IMG/VR virus record: IMGVR_UViG_3300027969_000041 | DNA length: 64,000 bases | Strand: one strand, 5' to 3' | Origin: a virus | Taxonomy: Duplodnaviria; Caudoviricetes | Shown: in pieces, positions 29,584-37,716 of the stretch | How the letters are laid out: each line of letters opens with the position of its first letter | How positions within the stretch are numbered: position 1 is the stretch's first letter | Position numbers and translations under genes: made by a program | The notes under the pieces: model-generated | Told to the model about the DNA's origin: nothing | Database searches by the model: none | The model's input: the letters and a program-made list of their open reading frames with translations, nothing else

Positions 29584-31218
29584 TTATTCTCCTAATCCAC
29601 CTTCTTCAAGTTCTCGAAGTTTATCATCATCTGGATTTTCTAAATCTACTTCTTCAGAAGTCGTTACTTCTTCAAATGCAAATAAATTTCTAAATTCATT
29701 TTGCTTAGGACCGCCCTGTAGTCGAGCACCTTCTAAACTGCGTAAGAATGGACCTGCTTGATCTATCATAGCAAATGCTTCGTCTTTAGTAGTAGTATTA
29801 AACAAGTCTTCAACTAAACTTGAGAAGTATAATATGTTACGGGGAACCCAGTCGCTATGCTCATCACTCATGTCCGAGCCTTTGACCTTCTTCCACTGTT
29901 TCCATGTCAGCCGATCTTTAACTTTGGCAATTTCGATATCCATTAGTTGTTGAGCACGTTGTACTGCAACAATATGACATTCTACATTATGACCCATCAT
30001 CAATGCATAAGCAAAACTATCCCAACTTGTTTTGTTTGGAATTTTACCTAGCTTGTTTAGTCTAGGAACTTCATGATAGTGTTCTGGATTTAAGTGATCA
30101 AATTTGACACCATTTAATTCTTTATCTGTTTTCCGATTGCCTAGATTATAATAGGCAATGTCTGTCATTGTCAATCTACGGCCGATTGACGATTCGAAGG
30201 GAAACGGAATGTCTGACCCCGATAATGATTTGTTATCTGGTGCTTTGTCCATAATAACACTCCACCTCTTGGGAGTGTGGACTGCGCTGGTGTAGACAAG
30301 TCCGTGCGCTGTTGCGATGAACGGTGAGGCGCAGTCAAAAGATATGGTAATTTCTTCATTGATATGTTTCCTGATTTGTCGTTGAATTAAAGTTAAGTAG
30401 CATGACCAATCCAGCTGAGCAGTTCCCAGAAAGTGGATCCAATTTTTGCCTTTCAGCAAACCATCTTCTCTTAATGTCATTAGACGTTTAAGAGTAATAT
30501 CCATTTTGCACATGTTAGCACCACCAAAGGCCCAACCTTCTGCTTCACGACCCGCATACTTACCTTTAGGGTCGCTAAATTCTTTTACACCTTGATACCA
30601 CTGTTCAGCAGTATCCCAGTCCCCACCTTGTAACACATTGAGCCATTTAGTTTGACCTAACCGATTCATTAGAAAGTAATCATTGTTATAACGAGTCTTA
30701 TCTAAACAATCTTCAAATGTTTTCAATCCTGTCTTAGGACTATGAATATGGTCACATGCCCATGTGGGCACGTCTAGCATCATTGACCAGTCTGCGGTTA
30801 CTTCTAACCACTCGAGAATCTTTTGACGAGTCTTTGTAGCTTCCTTGCCCTCAAAGTCTAACCAATCAAACTTAAGAACACCTTTACCAATCTGGTATCC
30901 ACCCGAGTCACCGAGAATCATAGTGTTATTACGATCTCGTTGTTGAATCATTGATTCTTGTGTTAGACTCTTTTGTAGATCTAACTGTGCATGACCTGCT
31001 GAATACAATCCGTACTTGTAAGTAAAATATCCTTGTTCTGGATTAAGGAAATTCATACCTTCAATACCTCGATCAAATCCTGCAGGGATACGATCCTTAG
31101 ATACAAACTCTTCTAGGCGTTGTTTAGCAACGTAAGTACTGTAGAAACTACTAATAGCTGGCAAATAGACAGCATAGTCTTTCTGTAATGGTGTTAGGTT
31201 AACTTGTTGATGTATCAT
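29584..31218 (-). CDS. dpdA: TGT-like DNA 7-deazaguanine transglycosylase (DpdA family)
   Basis: GDSGGYQ (catalytic Asp), MLDVP, VLQG, GWAFGG, IHFLG, ISFDCASP (second catalytic Asp); queE and QueD-like genes nearby. Confidence 0.75.
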   Translation of the reverse strand: MIHQQVNLTPLQKDYAVYLPAISSFYSTYVAKQRLEEFVSKDRIPAGFDRGIEGMNFLNPEQGYFTYKYGLYSAGHAQLDLQKSLTQESMIQQRDRNNTMILGDSGGYQIGKGVLKFDWLDFEGKEATKTRQKILEWLEVTADWSMMLDVPTWACDHIHSPKTGLKTFEDCLDKTRYNNDYFLMNRLGQTKWLNVLQGGDWDTAEQWYQGVKEFSDPKGKYAGREAEGWAFGGANMCKMDITLKRLMTLREDGLLKGKNWIHFLGTAQLDWSCYLTLIQRQIRKHINEEITISFDCASPFIATAHGLVYTSAVHTPKRWSVIMDKAPDNKSLSGSDIPFPFESSIGRRLTMTDIAYYNLGNRKTDKELNGVKFDHLNPEHYHEVPRLNKLGKIPNKTSWDSFAYALMMGHNVECHIVAVQRAQQLMDIEIAKVKDRLTWKQWKKVKGSDMSDEHSDWVPRNILYFSSLVEDLFNTTTKDEAFAMIDQAGPFLRSLEGARLQGGPKQNEFRNLFAFEEVTTSEEVDLENPDDDKLRELEEGGLGE

Positions 31219-31949
31219 GCCTGTGCTGGAATAATATATTTGTAAGTAGCAAGACCGCTGTCTAATTCAATTTGCATAGCACCGTCATTGCTAAAACCAA
31301 TTTTAGCATTGTTAGCATCTGCAATCTTCAAGATGCTCAGCACTGGCATAACAGGCCATGTCCATGCTTTAGTAATCTTACCTGTTACACCTGTGGCAAA
31401 TACAAACTCACCACCGTGACTTGCGGCATCGCCAAATGTAAAGATCAATTTGTCGCCATCTGTCTTAGCTAAGAATGTTGTGTGCTCTGTGTTAGCACCT
31501 GCTTGGAATTGGAAACGCTGTACAGAAGCAACTGTAGGCGCAACTTCAACATGCCAATTAACACCACGAAACTTGACAGTCTTCAATTTCTCATTGATGA
31601 TGTCTTGATTCATAAATCGATAGTCATTCTTAAAGTCGCCGTCTTTGTTTTCAAAGTGAAGACCGACTGGAATAGTTTCCCCGTTGCGATCACCTGTAAC
31701 AACTTCAATCTTAGCATCTTCTTGATACTCTTTACCATCAACTAGATATCGTAGTTTTTCAAGTTGTGGCATACCAAATGTACCGATCATATCGGGATGT
31801 GGATTGGTAGTCTCTGCATACATGATAACACTACGGTCATCTGCCATAGAGTCGATCAATGTTTTAGCTTCTGTGCCTGTAATTTTTACAATGTTTAAGA
31901 AGCCTAGTTTGTTGGTGTGAGCAACGATGTCTTGTAGAATGTCTTTCAT
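31215..31949 (-). CDS. DNA polymerase sliding clamp (gp45-like)
   Basis: 244-aa alpha/beta pattern immediately downstream of the B-family polymerase; a clamp loader is present at 55.3 kb. Confidence 0.65.
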   Translation of the reverse strand: MKDILQDIVAHTNKLGFLNIVKITGTEAKTLIDSMADDRSVIMYAETTNPHPDMIGTFGMPQLEKLRYLVDGKEYQEDAKIEVVTGDRNGETIPVGLHFENKDGDFKNDYRFMNQDIINEKLKTVKFRGVNWHVEVAPTVASVQRFQFQAGANTEHTTFLAKTDGDKLIFTFGDAASHGGEFVFATGVTGKITKAWTWPVMPVLSILKIADANNAKIGFSNDGAMQIELDSGLATYKYIIPAQA

Positions 31950-31966
31950 ATTAATTCCTTTGTATA

Positions 31967-31995
31967 AGTTTATTTAGATTTATGAGTAAAGTCAA
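31967..31995 (-). promoter_or_regulatory. Putative sigma70 promoter (TTGACT-N17-TAAACT) with internal TAAATA
   Basis: Read on the minus strand between the pol stop and the clamp start. Confidence 0.45.
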
Positions 31996-32002
31996 ATATA
32001 TT

Positions 32003-34672
32003 TTACTCAAACGAGAAAAGCGAACCAAACGTATTTGTTTGGGTAGTAGAGTCTAGATCCCAGTCTAGTACTCCAATAAGGTTATCAAGTTTATTATTGA
32101 TAATAGTTGCTTCCATTTCAGCATGATCAAATGGCAGATCTTGGAACCATTTAGGTAAGCGTAGTTCATCTACAGGATATGCAATACTGGTGTAACCTAA
32201 CGGATTAGCTTTCACTTTGCAGACAATAACTTTCATACCATCTACTATTTGCATAGAATACTTGTCGCCGTTCATACGACGAAGGGTATTCCAATTAATA
32301 CTAGCCCGAACGTGTCCTGGCATATTTGCCTTACCGGACTTTTCTTCTTTCTTTTGGTATTCAGCAATGTTGTTGGCACGTTTAGGACTACCCTTCTCCC
32401 ATCCAGGACGAGATTTGAACTCAGTTCTAAATTCACTGATGCGATCTAGAATTTCTGTTTCTTGTGCGTTGTTAAGTACCTTTGTTAGAATCTCTTCTAA
32501 GAATTTCTGCATAAATTCTGGTGTGTCACTACGCTTAAGATCTAAACCCATGGCCTTAATTTTACCTGGCTTGCCATCTACATCACTGCGTTTGCCTTCT
32601 TTGTCATAGTACAACACAGCATATCGTTTTTTAGTAATAAACAATCCCTTGATGGCAACAATCTCGCGGCCTGCTTTAATAACTTCACCACGACTCTTTG
32701 GACAGTGGTGTGCATCCAACATAAACTGCGGAAATGTACTATTAACTTCTTCAGCAATTGTATCATACAACTGTACTACAGTATCTTTATTCCATGTTAT
32801 CTCTTTCTTTTCAATTTCCTTACGGAGACTTGAATAAGCACTAAAATAAGCAGAGTCTGTATCACCGTAGATAATACTTTTGCCTAAGTGATCATACTCG
32901 CCCGTAACTACTTCATTGATTTTACTAGCCATGTGTCGAGCAATGCCGCGGCCTGTAAGGGTAGTGGATTGACCAATTCGATTATCAAAGAAGCGACAAC
33001 CGGCGTTAAGAATGGCACCATACAAACTATTAAGCAAAATCTTTTTAACGAGCTGTCGCTTGTCCCAATATTCTTCTTCAATTTTATTACCTGCCTTAAT
33101 TGCATCCTTAAGTTTTGCCTGCATCTCTTTACGCTCTGCGTACCACCGTTTTAGCAATCCAGGAATAATACCTTCACGTTCATGAGTAATGATTGTACCA
33201 TTAGCACTAAGCATCCACGGCTTACCACTTTCAAATATTAGTTCGTAGATTTGTGCTCCACTCATAATATCAGTTTCACCGTTTTCCCAGTCAATGATAA
33301 TGTCGTGACTGCGATCTTGAGTCATAACAAATTCATATTCGTTAGCACCAAACTTGCCCTCCCATGCAGCCGCAAAAGAGTTACCTTTGGCAATCTTTTC
33401 TTCGATTTCCGCTTTAGTATAATCTTGGCGTAACTGTCCTACAATGGTTTCTGGACCCATGTTCAATGCACGAATTACAGATGGATACAAACTGTTAATG
33501 TCCATTGATCCAATATAATCGTGCAGTCCTTTTTTAGGATAAGCAACATACGCACCAGCGGCCTGATTAACAGCGTCCTCGTCACGCTTAGGGCGACTAG
33601 GAACAATAAGTCCCCTTGCATGGGATTCGTTTACAATAGCCTGTTCAGTAACAGCGACAGCACCCATTGTAGTTTGTAGTAACACAGTATTCTCATGTGC
33701 AATAGTACTGGCAAGATCTAAGAACTTTAATTTTTTATCTAGCTTGTTTAACAATGCCGTATCTTGTCTATTATATTCAATAAACTTTCGGAAGTCATTG
33801 TTATAAAGTTGATCTAGTGTACCTTCGTAGACTGTCTTGCTCTCACCTACCTCAGTTTCTCCGATGGCATCCAGTCGATAAGTGTGTCGTTCTTCGTATG
33901 TGTACTTGCGGTACAATTCGAGACTATCCAAATGAACACGACCAACAAGGTCATAAGTAACAGCCGCTTTTCCATATTTTTCGTATTCTCTTTTCTTAGG
34001 GAATTGATCCCACAAACAAAATCTACGTGTATCTTCTTTGCTGAGAACTTTAGTAACACGATTAACAGTATAGGGGATATCAAAACCTTCGCTATTCCAC
34101 CCACTGAGTACATCGCTATCCTGAATTAAATCTAAGAACGCATCTAACATCTCCGCTTCTGTTTCGAACAACATAGTGTTAGGAAACTCTTTGACTTGTT
34201 CTTCTGCTTGCTCCATAGTCAGTGTCTTTGGCGGAACTGCAAGACATACTAGTGTATCCAACCATTGTAGGTGAACAGCAATAGCAGTGATTGGCATAAA
34301 AGCATCTTCTGGAGTGCTATAGCCACGTTCTGGATCAAAGTCCACCTCGATATCAAAAAATGCTACATTGAGTTTTGGAGCATCCTTGCCTAGATAGTTT
34401 TCTTCTAGACAACGGAATACTGGATTGATGTCACTTTCAAATAATTTGTGACTACTGTGAATTTTTTGTTCTTTGACAAACTCTTTCCAGTTACGTGCAG
34501 TAACTTTGTTAAGATTGTCTCCGTAAATGGATTTATACTTACCCCGTTGGTCTGGGTAATAGAACATATACTTTGCAGGATATTCTTGATAAAGTCTACC
34601 CTTCTTTGGATCACGTTCGATAACCTGAACAATGTCCTTTTCTCGGTCCCACCGAGCATCTACATAACTCAT
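32003..34672 (-). CDS. polB: Family B DNA polymerase (gp43-like)
   Basis: ExoI FDIE, ExoII WNSEGFD, ExoIII YNRQD, motif A DINSLYPS, motif B KILLNSLYG, motif C YGDTDS; start MSYVDA at 34672 after SD AAGGAG. Confidence 0.96.
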   Translation of the reverse strand: MSYVDARWDREKDIVQVIERDPKKGRLYQEYPAKYMFYYPDQRGKYKSIYGDNLNKVTARNWKEFVKEQKIHSSHKLFESDINPVFRCLEENYLGKDAPKLNVAFFDIEVDFDPERGYSTPEDAFMPITAIAVHLQWLDTLVCLAVPPKTLTMEQAEEQVKEFPNTMLFETEAEMLDAFLDLIQDSDVLSGWNSEGFDIPYTVNRVTKVLSKEDTRRFCLWDQFPKKREYEKYGKAAVTYDLVGRVHLDSLELYRKYTYEERHTYRLDAIGETEVGESKTVYEGTLDQLYNNDFRKFIEYNRQDTALLNKLDKKLKFLDLASTIAHENTVLLQTTMGAVAVTEQAIVNESHARGLIVPSRPKRDEDAVNQAAGAYVAYPKKGLHDYIGSMDINSLYPSVIRALNMGPETIVGQLRQDYTKAEIEEKIAKGNSFAAAWEGKFGANEYEFVMTQDRSHDIIIDWENGETDIMSGAQIYELIFESGKPWMLSANGTIITHEREGIIPGLLKRWYAERKEMQAKLKDAIKAGNKIEEEYWDKRQLVKKILLNSLYGAILNAGCRFFDNRIGQSTTLTGRGIARHMASKINEVVTGEYDHLGKSIIYGDTDSAYFSAYSSLRKEIEKKEITWNKDTVVQLYDTIAEEVNSTFPQFMLDAHHCPKSRGEVIKAGREIVAIKGLFITKKRYAVLYYDKEGKRSDVDGKPGKIKAMGLDLKRSDTPEFMQKFLEEILTKVLNNAQETEILDRISEFRTEFKSRPGWEKGSPKRANNIAEYQKKEEKSGKANMPGHVRASINWNTLRRMNGDKYSMQIVDGMKVIVCKVKANPLGYTSIAYPVDELRLPKWFQDLPFDHAEMEATIINNKLDNLIGVLDWDLDSTTQTNTFGSLFSFE

Positions 34673-34683
34673 ATTTTCTCCTT

Positions 34684-34733
34684 TGTGTAATTTGCGGCCT
34701 ACACATACCTCTATGATCATTTGTGGCTGATCA
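34684..34733 (-). promoter_or_regulatory. Tandem RNA hairpins abutting the polymerase RBS (putative translational operator)
   Basis: TGATCA-GCCACAAA-TGATCA and TGTGTAG-GCCGCAAA-TTACACA, followed directly by AAGGAG-N5-ATG. Confidence 0.6.
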
Positions 34734-34743
34734 AACCTTTCTC

Positions 34744-35034
34744 TTACATATTTATTAGTCTAATGTAGCCAATAAGATCAATAGTGACTAATAGAATATA
34801 ATTTGCTACCATACCTGTACTCTTACGTGTCCAAGCAGCCCATCCAAAGATGGCGCATTGTGTAATGAATATTGGATATAACCAAATAAACAATGGATCA
34901 GTTGCGCCGGCGGCAAGTGTAAGAGAGCAGCCGAGACTCATAGCCCATGCTGTAATTTCTAAAACAAAACGAGTAGGCCAAACTTTATAATCGGTCTTAG
35001 CCCATTCTATAATACCACTTAACAATTTATTCAT
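34744..35034 (-). CDS. Small membrane protein
   Basis: 96 aa with about three hydrophobic segments. Confidence 0.6.
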   Translation of the reverse strand: MNKLLSGIIEWAKTDYKVWPTRFVLEITAWAMSLGCSLTLAAGATDPLFIWLYPIFITQCAIFGWAAWTRKSTGMVANYILLVTIDLIGYIRLINM

Positions 35035-35659
35035 CGAGATTTTCTAACAACAAGTTAATGTTAATTACCATTCTATATTCGCTGTCTACCGGCGTCCAAT
35101 TGCAATGATAGTATGTAGAATCGAATATAAAAAGTTGTCCTTGCTTGGGTGTAACTTCCATTAATACTTTTGGCATTTCATCTAACTGTGTAAAAATATT
35201 TGTTTTTTTATCAAATAAAACAGTATTGCCATCAGCTGTGTTTACATAATATAATAGCGATATAAACTTTGAACCTTTTGGAAGAGCAACATTTTCTGGT
35301 ATTGTCATATCAGTATGAGGTGTTCTTAGACTTGATGTTTTATCTGGTGTATCAAAGTTTGCCTGTGCTCGTTCAACATAGTTAACAACATAATCTGTTC
35401 CTTCTAAGAACTTAAAAAGTATATAGTCAACTATCTTAACATTTTTATTAAGAGGCTGTCCGCCCTGAATAAAATAATAACTAAAAATATGTCGATCTGC
35501 AGGAAACACATCGTTACAGATTGCTGGATCGACTGAATGCGGCCTAAAAGACCATAGGCCTTCTGCTTTTAGTGTTTCTAAAAGAAATTCCTGATCTTCT
35601 TCATCTAAAAAATTATCGATTACAATTGGATCGAAATCTTTTTTAAGTTGAATAGGCAT
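35027..35659 (-). CDS. 2OG-Fe(II) oxygenase-like protein
   Basis: PHTD (HxD), LLYYVN, YHC (distal His), RMVININ. Confidence 0.7.
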   Translation of the reverse strand: MPIQLKKDFDPIVIDNFLDEEDQEFLLETLKAEGLWSFRPHSVDPAICNDVFPADRHIFSYYFIQGGQPLNKNVKIVDYILFKFLEGTDYVVNYVERAQANFDTPDKTSSLRTPHTDMTIPENVALPKGSKFISLLYYVNTADGNTVLFDKKTNIFTQLDEMPKVLMEVTPKQGQLFIFDSTYYHCNWTPVDSEYRMVININLLLENLDE

Positions 35660-35928
35660 TAGTCTTCCTTGCGAAAACTATGACCGCTGATGTCGACAAT
35701 AGTTTCAAGATCGTCAAACTCGCGGAATACTTGATCCCATGTATCTTTCTGTGCAATCTTAATTGCTTTTTTAATCACGCTAGGTTTAACTTCTAGTTCT
35801 TCTGCTACTGCTTTAATTGTTTCGTTCAATCCTTCTGTAAGGTCTTGAATCTCTTGCATGACAGTCATGCCTTCTGCTACGATTTGTTTAATCTTAGCTT
35901 GTTCCGGTGCGCCAAATGCTTTGCCCAT
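35659..35928 (-). CDS. Small helical dsDNA-binding protein (T4 DsbA-like)
   Basis: Start MGKAFG at 35928 after SD AGGAG; IKAVAEELEVKPSVIKKAIK pattern. Confidence 0.55.
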   Translation of the reverse strand: MGKAFGAPEQAKIKQIVAEGMTVMQEIQDLTEGLNETIKAVAEELEVKPSVIKKAIKIAQKDTWDQVFREFDDLETIVDISGHSFRKED

Positions 35929-35948
35929 AAAAAATCTCCTTGTAAGTA

Positions 35949-35977
35949 AGTATATACTAAGCAAGGAGACAAGTCAA
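35949..35977 (-). promoter_or_regulatory. sigma70-type promoter for the DsbA-like/oxygenase/pol transcription unit
   Basis: TTGACT-N17-TATACT. Confidence 0.65.
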
Positions 35978-35985
35978 TGGTTATT

Positions 35986-36528
35986 TTATAAACGGGCGTC
36001 TATAATATTCCAATTGATAATTTTCCAATGATTTGTGAGATACCCTTTTTTGTCTGCTTGATAATCCAATGCCCAAGCATGTTCCCACCAATCGATTAAT
36101 AATATTATATCGTTCTTAATTTGATGATTGACAATAGTTTTGATCTCACCATTCTTGGCAAGATACACCCATCCACTGCCCTGTATGCCCATGGCAACTT
36201 TGGTAAATTCTTCTTTGAACTGGTCAAATGATTTGAAATGTTGCTCAATAAACTCTTTGGATGCTCCAACTGGTTCGTTTGTTTCATCTGGAATTTGTAG
36301 TTGCGGAAAATAGATACTATGTAAGTATGCACCTGCTTCGTTAAAATCTAAGTCACCTTCGCCTGCGTTGAAACGATTAACATAAGTTCTGTACAGTTTG
36401 CCATAATGATAATCTATAGCGTCTTCGCTTAGGCAAGGCTCTAGCGCATCGCGAGCATAGGATAACTTCACTTGTTCAAGTGGTTTAACCTCTTTACCCT
36501 CTACAACATATTTTATAAAATTAAACAT
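35986..36528 (-). CDS. sod: Fe/Mn superoxide dismutase family protein
   Basis: LSYARDALEP, YHYGK, LHSIYF, DWWEHAW: all four metal ligands are present; 10-aa N-terminal extension. Confidence 0.85.
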   Translation of the reverse strand: MFNFIKYVVEGKEVKPLEQVKLSYARDALEPCLSEDAIDYHYGKLYRTYVNRFNAGEGDLDFNEAGAYLHSIYFPQLQIPDETNEPVGASKEFIEQHFKSFDQFKEEFTKVAMGIQGSGWVYLAKNGEIKTIVNHQIKNDIILLIDWWEHAWALDYQADKKGYLTNHWKIINWNIIDARL

Positions 36529-37127
36529 TATTTCTTTTTACCTGAACGCATATTGGCTTGCCAATGTGCAAGTTGCCCTTTACGACCACCTTGTTTGGCA
36601 ATCTTTCTTAAACTGCTGATACTAGCATGTTTAGGAATACCGTGTCTAGCACTATCACCTTTGTCTTGCGGATTACGACCGTCAGCGAAGTTTTCCTCTA
36701 CATCCTGCTGACCTTCTATAGTCAATCTGTCTAATGCTATCGGATTTAATACAACATTTGGTTTCAAGCCCTTGCTGCTGGCATAGGCCACATACACTTG
36801 ATCTGTAGGTTCTATAACAAAACTTACACAATGCTTACCGGGCCAGTCTGGTTTGCCCACACTAAACCAAATGCCTATGACAGGAATAAATGGATGTTCA
36901 TCTGTGCTCAACCGACCATATTCTCGTTCGCCTGTGGCATCACGGCGTGGCTTTAGTCCTCCACTTTTCTTAATTGCTTCTAGCCTATTAGTACAATGAT
37001 AAACTCGTTGACCTACTATGTCCTGTCCAGGAAATAGATTTGTACCAGGAATATTCTTGGGGGGTCTAAGTCCTTGGTAGTTGGTAAATCCTTCGGCAAA
37101 GTTTTCAATTAGTTCTTGAATTTTCAT
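36528..37127 (-). CDS. Putative internal virion protein with an ADP-ribosyltransferase-like domain
   Basis: Start MKIQELIE at 37127 with SD GAGG; VYHCT...GGLKP...GIWFS resembles the NAD-binding lobe of KptA/PARP-like ARTs; basic C-terminal module. Confidence 0.5.
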   Translation of the reverse strand: MKIQELIENFAEGFTNYQGLRPPKNIPGTNLFPGQDIVGQRVYHCTNRLEAIKKSGGLKPRRDATGEREYGRLSTDEHPFIPVIGIWFSVGKPDWPGKHCVSFVIEPTDQVYVAYASSKGLKPNVVLNPIALDRLTIEGQQDVEENFADGRNPQDKGDSARHGIPKHASISSLRKIAKQGGRKGQLAHWQANMRSGKKK

Positions 37128-37128
37128 A

Positions 37129-37716
37129 TTACCTCTTAGGAGGTTGAGCACTGGCTACCATGCCGTTATAGTCAGCGTTCTTAAATTGAGGAATAGTATT
37201 CATAGCAATAGTTTCAGCTTCTCTAGCATGACTTGCTTTAATTTTAACTGCTGGTATCTCAGGAAACTCTAAACTGTAGACCCAAAATTCAAGTCCGGGT
37301 TTAGTCACTGTAAATGATTCCCCGTAGTGTTGTAGGTCCCAACTTGGTAATAATCTTTTTACCATTTTTGCGTATAAGCCTTGTCTTGAACCTTCTTTGG
37401 CAGCAAAGGTTAATCGTCTTACTGCGCCTTTTCTATCTGCTAGGAATGTTTTTAGAATATCAACTACTGTACCAAAAACTTCTGCGGCATTGCCCGTACC
37501 TGTAACACCCCATGTAGCATTTCCAGAAGATTCTACTTTAGCTGTAAATTCAATTTCCCAATCTCCCGGCGCCTCGTCCGAATCTTGTGCAGCAAAGAAT
37601 TTATAAGGAACTCCGCCAATTTCAAAATTAGCTATTGCTTGGTTGTCATCTTGAAATGTCCACTGCCATTGTTTATTGCCAGTGAACAATTCTGCAATAA
37701 ATTCATCGGCTCTCAT
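37129..37716 (-). CDS. Putative internal virion protein
   Basis: Start MRADEFIAE at 37716 (ATGA overlap); TGTGNAAEVFGTV...LTFAAKEGSRQGLY domain of unknown function. Confidence 0.55.
   Translation of the reverse strand: MRADEFIAELFTGNKQWQWTFQDDNQAIANFEIGGVPYKFFAAQDSDEAPGDWEIEFTAKVESSGNATWGVTGTGNAAEVFGTVVDILKTFLADRKGAVRRLTFAAKEGSRQGLYAKMVKRLLPSWDLQHYGESFTVTKPGLEFWVYSLEFPEIPAVKIKASHAREAETIAMNTIPQFKNADYNGMVASAQPPKR

Noticed and set aside
29584-31218. Calling the TGT-like gene a tRNA queuine transglycosylase (tgt)
   Set aside because: It lacks the C-terminal CxCxxC...H zinc site of bacterial tRNA TGTs and is embedded in the replication operon; DpdA is the better reading, though unproven.
32003-34672. 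Intein or split in the DNA polymerase
   Set aside because: All exonuclease and polymerase motifs occur in order at normal spacing in about 889 aa; no Hint or LAGLIDADG motifs.
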